A stretch of 64,000 nt of DNA, taken from positions 48,372-112,371 of IMG/VR virus record IMGVR_UViG_3300007511_000007; one strand, written 5' to 3'. The notes under the pieces were generated by a model. It worked only from the letters and a program-made list of their open reading frames with translations. It was not told the origin of the DNA and made no database searches. This document shows, one piece after another, positions 46,999 through 54,823 of this stretch. How positions within the stretch are numbered: position 1 is the first letter of the stretch; every line of letters starts with the position of its first letter. The DNA is from a virus. The translations under genes were made by a program, and so were the position numbers.

Positions 46999-47238
46999 TT
47001 AATCGGCCCAACGAAAAGGAAACAGCTTGATGGTTTTCCCCTTGGCTTTGGGTTTGTCAGGGGTGGTCACGAAGATAGTAGGCATACGATGTTCGTCGTA
47101 ACCCATACCAGAAATAATCCCCTTTTTGTTGCGATATTTGCCATACAAGATGCGATCTCCCTTTTTGGGTATTCTCAAACCCCCTGTGAGGAATCGAGAA
47201 GCTACTCTTTTGGCTGAAGGTTTTCTCACCGTAACCAC
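46999..47238 (-). CDS. Small tagged KOW/SH3-like protein
   Basis: KRVASRFL followed by KGDRILYGKYRNKKGII. Confidence 0.68.
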   Translation of the reverse strand: MVTVRKPSAKRVASRFLTGGLRIPKKGDRILYGKYRNKKGIISGMGYDEHRMPTIFVTTPDKPKAKGKTIKLFPFRWAD

Positions 47239-49169
47239 TTGTCCAGGAGTGGGGACGCTACTTTGTAGCCAGAATGTCCTTTGGAGAGTTCATGCTGGGT
47301 CAAAAGGGACTGCATGGTATTTTGGATGTCCTTGGATTTGAGGACTGCTTTACGGATTGCCTCAGCTACTTTAGCGATTGCCCTCCCAACGGCCATTTCA
47401 TCTTTGGATGTGACCTCCCGACCCATGGAGTACAGGATCTCACGTTTCTTCGGAGCTTTGCCGTTACGGGCAATCAAAGTCATCCATTGAACTCCGTACT
47501 CCGCGACGGCTGGTTTCATTTGATGGATGACCCGCAAACAGAAGCCACGGAGCTTTTTCCCAAGTTGATCTCTTCCGGTCAGAGCTTCTGCAATGAGGTC
47601 GTACTGGTTTTTCTCATTCAACTCGGTGTAAAGGAGAGTCGGAACATTCTGTTGGGGTTTTTGCCCTTCCATTTCCGGGTACATCTTTTTCTTCTGTCGT
47701 TTCAGAGTCTTCATGTAGGTCATAGCCCGGAAATGGGCATAAGTAACTACAGTCGGCAAAATCTTTTCAGGAGTCTCCTTCCCATTCAGAATTCGTTTGC
47801 CTCTTTTTTTGCCCACATCCCAGAAGAGGGGGAGGATCTTTTTTCCGGTCATCCCAATTCCGGCCATCGAGTTTTGAAGCAAATCCTCAGGAGGTTGTGT
47901 CATCCCCGACTTGTTGTACATGGTTTGCATTGTGCCGAGAGCCGTTTTGTAGAGATCAGTTGGCTGGAACCATTCCGGGTCTACCTCATGCTCAGACAAG
48001 AATTGTTGCGCCTTCACCAACCCTTGTCTCGGACGATTGCTCCACGTACCCGGAGTCAATCCAGCAGCCCCTTCCAATACCTGTGCCCGCGCCACCATCT
48101 CCAAAGCCTTACTCAGAGCCGCCTGGAGGTGCCTTTGGGCGAGTTTCTGTACCAAGGACGTGTCAGATGCCACCCGGCCCCTATAGGACTGTAGAACGGC
48201 TGTCAGGAGCCTTGCGAGTCGTACTCCATACTCCTTGGCCAATTCAAACCAGTATTCTTCGATGAGCTTGGTGATTTTGGGGGAGTTCTTGATAGCTCTG
48301 GGTAAAGTGCGGTGGAGCTTGGTCTTCACCCGAGAGAACATCTGTTCGACGCCTTTGTCTCCGGGTTCCCACTCGTAGCCCAATGCTTTCAAGAGAGCGG
48401 TTTGCTTCTTCGGAGCTTGAGGATTCTTTTCCACGTAATCGAACCATCGGATCGCCATCTCGGTTTCGGCACTGGAACGGAAGGTCTTGTCAATCACTTT
48501 GAGAATGAAGCTTCTGAACTCAAGACCGGCCTTGGAATTCGAGGCCATGAGTTCGCCCATGACGCGGAATGGATCAAGGTCTACCTTCTTGTAAATGTAG
48601 TCCTTCACCTTATCGACTTGTTCCTCTACGGAGATTCCCACGTCATGCTCGCCCATGGGATCGTACTCAGGACTTTGTCGTTTCTGCTGTCTGCGATATC
48701 CCTTCAGATCTCGTATTGCCCGATTCCTCGAATACTGGACAGCCACAGCCGCAGCTTTGGCAACAGTCTCCTTACCGTTCAGGATGCCCTTAGACTTGTG
48801 TGTTCCCACCGACCAGAAGATGGCACTCGTATCGGTTTGTGTCTTGCCGTCTCCCCAAAGCCCCATCATCCCATCGTTCATAATGCCGCTGGGGTCCAAC
48901 GCAGTCGCATTTCCGATAACCTTGTTGACCATACTCAAACAGTCCGAGTACATGCGGGAAGGCTGGAACCAGCTTTCATCCACCTGAGGCAATTCTTCTC
49001 GGGCTTTTTTCAAACCTCGCCGGGGATTCCGGGACCAAACTCCCATTTTGACCCCCGCAGCCCCTTCCAAAGCCTGACAGCGAGCAAGCTCGTCCAACTG
49101 CTTGGCAAAATTCCCTTGCAGGTATCTCGAAGCGACCTTGAGTATCAGCGTATGGAAAAAATCGTTCAT
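47226..49169 (-). CDS. Tagged protein with two tandem ~300-aa homologous units, weakly sigma-factor-like
   Basis: Both units contain AR.Q.LEGAAG...G.WS..PR.GL.KA, WFQP, FW.VG, ILNGKET; each follows a tag (LKVASRYL, QKLAQRHL). Confidence 0.8.
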   Translation of the reverse strand: MNDFFHTLILKVASRYLQGNFAKQLDELARCQALEGAAGVKMGVWSRNPRRGLKKAREELPQVDESWFQPSRMYSDCLSMVNKVIGNATALDPSGIMNDGMMGLWGDGKTQTDTSAIFWSVGTHKSKGILNGKETVAKAAAVAVQYSRNRAIRDLKGYRRQQKRQSPEYDPMGEHDVGISVEEQVDKVKDYIYKKVDLDPFRVMGELMASNSKAGLEFRSFILKVIDKTFRSSAETEMAIRWFDYVEKNPQAPKKQTALLKALGYEWEPGDKGVEQMFSRVKTKLHRTLPRAIKNSPKITKLIEEYWFELAKEYGVRLARLLTAVLQSYRGRVASDTSLVQKLAQRHLQAALSKALEMVARAQVLEGAAGLTPGTWSNRPRQGLVKAQQFLSEHEVDPEWFQPTDLYKTALGTMQTMYNKSGMTQPPEDLLQNSMAGIGMTGKKILPLFWDVGKKRGKRILNGKETPEKILPTVVTYAHFRAMTYMKTLKRQKKKMYPEMEGQKPQQNVPTLLYTELNEKNQYDLIAEALTGRDQLGKKLRGFCLRVIHQMKPAVAEYGVQWMTLIARNGKAPKKREILYSMGREVTSKDEMAVGRAIAKVAEAIRKAVLKSKDIQNTMQSLLTQHELSKGHSGYKVASPLLDKWLR

Positions 49170-49190
49170 TGAAGTCTCCTTACAGACCAA

Positions 49191-49220
49191 CTCAAAAAGG
49201 CACATCGCATAAGGAAAATA
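49191..49220 (-). promoter_or_regulatory. Putative late promoter motif, copy 5
   Basis: TATTTTCCTTAT-N14-TGAG. Confidence 0.6.
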
Positions 49221-49259
49221 ACGAGTTTCCGTCGAGGCGATTTTTTTGCGCGTTTTTTC

Positions 49260-49287
49260 TTGACAGCCGGTGGCGTGGTGTTACGAT
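49260..49287 (+). promoter_or_regulatory. Sigma70-type (early) promoter
   Basis: TTGACA-N16-TACGAT with extended -10 TG and upstream T tracts. Confidence 0.65.
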
Positions 49288-49384
49288 CTTCGTAGGGTAA
49301 AACGACCCGCTCGGCAAGAGCATTGTCACTAACCCTACGCTAACCCTAGCCTGAGTTGCATTGCGCAACCAAGGAGAAGGTCGT

Positions 49385-50800
49385 ATGTCATTGATTCCTT
49401 CCAACAAAAATCTGAAGTATTCGGTTTTGAAAGCTCTCGCCTGGCTGAGTGGCAAAACCCCGGGTCATGGTGTCCCCCTCAAGCAGGCCAAAGAAGCCGT
49501 TCTGCTTCTGGAGGGGATAAACCGCAACAAGCCGCCAATCCCTTTGGAGGGGAAGACTCCCCTTGGACTACATCGCAGAATCGGATTTGCTTTCCGTAAT
49601 CAGCGAGATGGTTATTGCGGAACCCAGCAACCGAAGACACAATTACTCCCCGACGGCTCGTGGGCGATCACACAGGCGGGGTTGGATTCTCTGCCCTGGA
49701 ATCGGAGGAGTGGCCCCACCCCGGCTCTTTTTCGGAAGCCCGTCTTGAAAGCTCTGGTCGTTCTTTCTGGTCAACAGGAAGAAATCGGGGTCAAGTATGA
49801 GGATATAAAGACCGAGATACTTCGTCAGTTCGGGATTGATCCTGCAACTACAAGGGTGCCCTTGAAGGGGCGGGCGGGGATCTATCGGGATATCACGCTG
49901 GCTTTTCGTGGTATGAGGGAAGGATACTGCCCGGCCGGGACGATTCCCCTCACTATGCAGATGGAGAAAAGCCTGTGGGGAGTCACGAAAGGTGGTTTGG
50001 AATCCGTATTGGGCAAGCGGTGTTGCATCACGGCTGATTGGTTAGGCAAACGGCCCCCCCAATTCCATCAGGCAATTATGAAGACCTTGAGGAAAAAGAT
50101 GCCGCAGTCGGCCCGTCTGGGGCTAATCGAGGAACACCACTCTTCGATCATTCTGAAATGGATCACCAGAGATTCATTCAGGGATCGGTTGGAAGCAAAC
50201 AAGCCGCCATCCATCACAGAATGCTGCCTTTGGGCGCATCGCTCTGCCATTTCCGACATACGAAGTGATGGGAAAGATGCTCTGGGGGTTATAAGAGGGG
50301 CGAAAACAGCCACCACGAGGGTCAAGCATAAGAAGGCCGAAGAACAGATGGAGAAGGCGACGGTACGTGAAAACCCCCTCTTGCAGGAGCCTGAGTATCG
50401 GGCAGGCTATCAGGGCGACACACTCGATTTCATGGATGTGGCGCAGGGAGATCCCTCTGAAGCCGCCGCGTTGAATGAAATGTTGGGGGCGATTTTCCGT
50501 GTGCTTGCTCAAGAGAGACCCCGATTTGCACGCCGGTACCAAAGAGTCTTCCGCAAGCATTTTCTGGAGGGCAAAACTGCCGAAGAGATCGCTGAGGAGT
50601 ACAACGTAGACCGCAAGCGGGTTCAGTTAGCGATCAGGGAAGTGCGTACTCTTTTGATAAAGGCTCGTGCCGCAGGCAAACTCGACTATTCGTTGATTGA
50701 GCAAAGAGATGCAGAACGGGCTGCAAATCAAGAGGCGTCTATGGCATCGATTTCGTCGAACATGATGGAAACTGCATCGGGTTCCCCGGCGTCATCGTAA
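49385..50800 (+). CDS. Sigma-factor-like protein with two N-terminal Mrr-N-like winged-helix repeats
   Basis: Repeats VLKAL..LSG....V...K..(I/V)L ... W.(I/V)T..GL; region-2-like WAHRSAISDIR; region-4 FLEGKTAEEIAEEYNVDRKRV; RBS AGGAG. Confidence 0.75.
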   Translation: MSLIPSNKNLKYSVLKALAWLSGKTPGHGVPLKQAKEAVLLLEGINRNKPPIPLEGKTPLGLHRRIGFAFRNQRDGYCGTQQPKTQLLPDGSWAITQAGLDSLPWNRRSGPTPALFRKPVLKALVVLSGQQEEIGVKYEDIKTEILRQFGIDPATTRVPLKGRAGIYRDITLAFRGMREGYCPAGTIPLTMQMEKSLWGVTKGGLESVLGKRCCITADWLGKRPPQFHQAIMKTLRKKMPQSARLGLIEEHHSSIILKWITRDSFRDRLEANKPPSITECCLWAHRSAISDIRSDGKDALGVIRGAKTATTRVKHKKAEEQMEKATVRENPLLQEPEYRAGYQGDTLDFMDVAQGDPSEAAALNEMLGAIFRVLAQERPRFARRYQRVFRKHFLEGKTAEEIAEEYNVDRKRVQLAIREVRTLLIKARAAGKLDYSLIEQRDAERAANQEASMASISSNMMETASGSPASS

Positions 50801-51087
50801 TCCTCGTCAGGTTGAGCGAAGTTGCCCGGGACTGCTTCGGGGTCATCAGCCACCAGGTCACGCATATCGAGGATACCATCAGGGGGATCGAATCCGGCAG
50901 CGGAAAGCCTTCTGGCCATGAGGGTGAAGATCTTTTCGATGTCGCCCATTGAGTAATCTTCACCACGTAGAGTCTTGACGAATTTGATCGTATTCATCGA
51001 TTTGGCTTTGCTGAAAAGCTGTTTCCCTGAGTACCGGGCAAAGTTGGCGTCCCACTCTTCCATCGTTTCTGGGTATTCTACGCTCAT
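50728..51087 (-). CDS. Hypothetical acidic protein
   Basis: RBS AGGAG; follows the SNF2 gene. Confidence 0.7.
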   Translation of the reverse strand: MSVEYPETMEEWDANFARYSGKQLFSKAKSMNTIKFVKTLRGEDYSMGDIEKIFTLMARRLSAAGFDPPDGILDMRDLVADDPEAVPGNFAQPDEDYDDAGEPDAVSIMFDEIDAIDAS

Positions 51088-51099
51088 GGGTTCTTTCTC

Positions 51100-54000
51100 C
51101 TACAAGGCATCGTGTGGAGTTTTCGAGTTCCCCACTTCGGGATCGAGATAGAGGGCAGCAGTGTCTTTGCTCACCTGTGAGAACTTGGCACTCTTCTTCG
51201 CCATTTCCTGCCACTCTTTGCCCAACTCGGCTCCCTGTGCTTCCTTGATCACAGAATCGAAAAGCTCTCCTTCAAGGATCTGGAAATACTTGCGGATCTC
51301 GTCTACGGTACCCTGATACACCTCTTCCTTGGCGTCCCGCCCCTCATCTGTGTCAGGAACGGAGTAAGTGGCATCAAGAGTAATCTCATCCACCTCTTGA
51401 TCTTGCCCCTGCCGCCAGGCTCTTGCTGTCCGTTGTTTCATCTGCTCTGAATTCCAGGTGTCCCGATCCAGATGGACGACCGTATTGAAGGGCTGCAGAT
51501 TATGCCCGAAAGCATACTCAGGCGCAAATAAGGAACAGGTCTTGAACTTTGCGCTGGGATTCACCATCACCTGAAAGACAAACTGTTGCCACTCGGCTTT
51601 GGGGTAATGCTGATTGTACTTATCCTTGGCGGGGAAACCAGGATACTTCTTCTTGACTCCGGGTTTGATCGGCAACGAATGGGTGACCCGACCCCCCATT
51701 TCTTTCATTCGTTCCTGTAGGACTTCACACTCTTTCCCGGTGCAAACCCCATCGATGTCTTTTTGGGAGATCCGCATGGAATAGGCTTCCATCTCGGAAC
51801 CATTACGGAAGAAGTGGATACCGTCTTTGAGCGCACCAACATGAATCCCCGGAATATCTTGAGAAACCCGCAGGGCATTCATCAGCACCAGTTTAGGATC
51901 ATCAGTGAAGTACAGGGCACGAGAACCGGGGTCTTGTCCCATCTTGTCCTGAACGACACCTACGGCTGCGTCGAGTTTGGGGTTCCCTACCCCACTGGCA
52001 ATTTCCCGCAACTCCTCGGGAGTCATCCCTTGTCTTTTCATGTAGTTGATAATGGGCTGCACCGTCTCCCACAGCTTCTCTTCTTTGCCCTGCGGGGTAA
52101 CCCGAGTGTTCGTTTCCATCCAGTCTGCAATCTCGTAGAGGGCTTGCTGGGGGCGGTTCATCAAAGAGTCGAACATCTTGAGGAGAGGCCCAAACTTGGT
52201 CATGAACATACGACTGATCCGCTCTACCATCTGGGTCGTAAGCTTCGGATTCTTGTACTTGTGGGTGATATTCCCCTCTTCATCTTCTTTGTACCCGATG
52301 AGACCCTTGTCACGAGCCAGACTCACCATACCTTCCATGACCTTTGCGAACTTCTTGGTGGTCAGCCGGTAAACCTTCTCCACCTCGGGGTTCATCTCTA
52401 CGACTCTGGTATCTGCCTTGAGTTGAGGGAGATCGTACTCAGGGACATCCGACTTGTCGGTGAAGAACATGCTTCGCTTCACCCAAATGTCCAACTCCTG
52501 ACGTAACACGGGATCGTTTTTGACCTCGGTGACTCGACCGCCGACTTTCTCGCAATAGCGATCCTTGAAGTTACTCATCTTCTTGCGGGCAAGCTTTTGC
52601 TCCTCCTTATTTTTGGAGTGCAGAGGTACATTTTGGCAAATGGCCGAAAGCACCCAAGCCTCCATGGGTTCGCGTTCCATCGGGGACGCGGTCAAACAGA
52701 TCTTGTGCGGGTGATCTAATTTGAGCGCATGTTCCGCAGCCTTGGTCTTCCAGTTGGCCATCTCCTGTGCTTCGTCGAAGTAAATAGCCACATATCGTTT
52801 GGGACTCCACAGCTTTTTCTTCCATTTCCCCGTTCGGTTGGCTGTCTTCCAATCGTCGTAGGACATGACATCGAGACGTTTCAGCAACTCCTTCATGGGA
52901 GACGCTGGCCCATCGTCCTTGGCAAAACGGGCAGCGACCTTGGCCGGGCTGGGGGTTTCCTGATCTCCCCCCACAGCATCGGAAAGGAATTTCCGGACTT
53001 CCTTGATGATATTCCCCTTCAAGGATTTGGGGCTGACAAACAAGAATTTGCCATTGGTCTTGATCTTCCTGCCTTTCTTGTTGAGGTAGAAACCGTCTTC
53101 TTCCCCTTCCCCATCCCGCAGGAACTTCTGCATAGAGGCGACCGCGATCACGGTTTTTCCCACGCCGGTGTCCAACGCCATCAATCCCCGATTCTCATTG
53201 GCATCCAACCAGGCGAGAGACTTCTTCTGTGTTGTGGAGAGCTTGGTGCCTCGTTTGAACCCCCCGAGTTCTTCAGCCGTGTAGAAACCGAGGTTTTCAT
53301 CCGCAGTTGCTTGATCCGCTTTGGAAAGCTCTGTGTAGTACGATTTCAATTCTCGTACCGCAGCACTGGACATACTGAGACTGCTGGTTTGTGCCTGAAT
53401 TGCGGCGAAATCCTTGGGTTCAAAGCAGAATGTGTTTCTCCCGGTGCCCAACTGGACAATGGTTTCCGAGGTGCCGGTTTTACGAGCCGCCTTATTGCAG
53501 GTCATGTTCTGGACATCGATCCGCATCTGATTGGTAGCCGGGGTGTGCTTCCGGGGCAATTGAAGCATGAGCTTTTTGACCTTCTTGCCACCCTCTTCGA
53601 CTTCCATTACGGTAACGTAAGGCTCATTCTCCCACACATCCCGAGTTACCGGTTTCCCTCGAACCCGTGCATTCTTGGGCGAGATTTTGTAGGTTGTTCC
53701 CTCGACCATACGACCGCTGGCACTCACAAGATTGTCCAATGGGATGCCCTTGAACCTTCCTTCCACCACAACTTTGACGCCCATCTTTTGAATTTTGCCC
53801 TCGGCGTCAGTGTACTCTGTCTCCATGACCTTGGTGGGATAAACTCGGGTCAATCTGCCGCTCTTGGCCTTATCGTCCGTCATACTGACGTATTCGACTT
53901 TTCCCCCCAAAGCGTCGATCTCGGCATCGGAGACAGTTCGCAGGCTATCTAGGTCTGGAACCGAGGGGTGTCTCATCTCCTGATAAAGGGCCTTACGTTG

Positions 54001-54813
54001 TTCTTCTCGTTCGTCCAGACGGTCTACAAACTCACCTGTCCACTTTGGTCGTCCGTTTTCACCTACAGTACGAGTGATCGGAACGGCTCCCCATGCCCGG
54101 TCATACACGGTGTACTCATCCGTGATTGGGTTTTTGCCCATGATGACAGCCCGGCCCTTGATCATTATCCGTTCTTCGACCTCTCCTTTGCGGGCGACGA
54201 TAGAGCGGTTGCGGGTATCAATCTCACCCAAACTCTGTTTCTGGGCGAGGATTGTGGCGTACATCTCGGGATCATCATCTTCCAAAACAGCTAGAGCCTC
54301 TTCCTTGGCTCGCATTTTCTGGAATTCGCTGAACCACATATTGGATGGAGTGGCTGGGCGCATCTTGAAATAGACGCTTTTGTCTCGTGCAACAGCTTGA
54401 ATCATGGAAGCAAAAACCGGGGCGATCCTTTTCCAGGTCACGGAAGTGATACGACCCATTTCGACATCTTTCAGGAACTTCCGCATCAACTTCATGCCGT
54501 CGAGAACCTGGTTCCTGGCAATTGCTGAGAGGGGTCTCTTGTCTACCCTTGTTTTGATCTTGAAGAAGATTTTGGCAAGGCGGCGAAGTTCTATGTACAG
54601 ATCGGTTTCCACGGGTGCGCCCATGGAGATACGACGCAATTGAACGTAAAAGAGGAAAAAGGGCATCCCCCGCACTCCAAACGCTTTACGGAGAATCATC
54701 CTCACACGGTTCGAGAGAACATATTCGGCTTTCTTGAGACGTTTCTCCAGATCTTCGTCGTCTTCCGTCTGAGCCTGGATGTAGCGTTCCGAGACTATCT
54801 TCAAAATGTCCAT
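51100..54813 (-). CDS. SNF2-family (SF2) helicase/translocase, tagged
   Basis: ALDTGVGKT, FVSPKSL, YFDEAQ, LTASP, GHNLQ, WN..QRTARAWRQGQ; tags KIVSERYI and AKVAARF. Confidence 0.88.
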   Translation of the reverse strand: MDILKIVSERYIQAQTEDDEDLEKRLKKAEYVLSNRVRMILRKAFGVRGMPFFLFYVQLRRISMGAPVETDLYIELRRLAKIFFKIKTRVDKRPLSAIARNQVLDGMKLMRKFLKDVEMGRITSVTWKRIAPVFASMIQAVARDKSVYFKMRPATPSNMWFSEFQKMRAKEEALAVLEDDDPEMYATILAQKQSLGEIDTRNRSIVARKGEVEERIMIKGRAVIMGKNPITDEYTVYDRAWGAVPITRTVGENGRPKWTGEFVDRLDEREEQRKALYQEMRHPSVPDLDSLRTVSDAEIDALGGKVEYVSMTDDKAKSGRLTRVYPTKVMETEYTDAEGKIQKMGVKVVVEGRFKGIPLDNLVSASGRMVEGTTYKISPKNARVRGKPVTRDVWENEPYVTVMEVEEGGKKVKKLMLQLPRKHTPATNQMRIDVQNMTCNKAARKTGTSETIVQLGTGRNTFCFEPKDFAAIQAQTSSLSMSSAAVRELKSYYTELSKADQATADENLGFYTAEELGGFKRGTKLSTTQKKSLAWLDANENRGLMALDTGVGKTVIAVASMQKFLRDGEGEEDGFYLNKKGRKIKTNGKFLFVSPKSLKGNIIKEVRKFLSDAVGGDQETPSPAKVAARFAKDDGPASPMKELLKRLDVMSYDDWKTANRTGKWKKKLWSPKRYVAIYFDEAQEMANWKTKAAEHALKLDHPHKICLTASPMEREPMEAWVLSAICQNVPLHSKNKEEQKLARKKMSNFKDRYCEKVGGRVTEVKNDPVLRQELDIWVKRSMFFTDKSDVPEYDLPQLKADTRVVEMNPEVEKVYRLTTKKFAKVMEGMVSLARDKGLIGYKEDEEGNITHKYKNPKLTTQMVERISRMFMTKFGPLLKMFDSLMNRPQQALYEIADWMETNTRVTPQGKEEKLWETVQPIINYMKRQGMTPEELREIASGVGNPKLDAAVGVVQDKMGQDPGSRALYFTDDPKLVLMNALRVSQDIPGIHVGALKDGIHFFRNGSEMEAYSMRISQKDIDGVCTGKECEVLQERMKEMGGRVTHSLPIKPGVKKKYPGFPAKDKYNQHYPKAEWQQFVFQVMVNPSAKFKTCSLFAPEYAFGHNLQPFNTVVHLDRDTWNSEQMKQRTARAWRQGQDQEVDEITLDATYSVPDTDEGRDAKEEVYQGTVDEIRKYFQILEGELFDSVIKEAQGAELGKEWQEMAKKSAKFSQVSKDTAALYLDPEVGNSKTPHDAL

Positions 54814-54823
54814 GTCCAACCTT

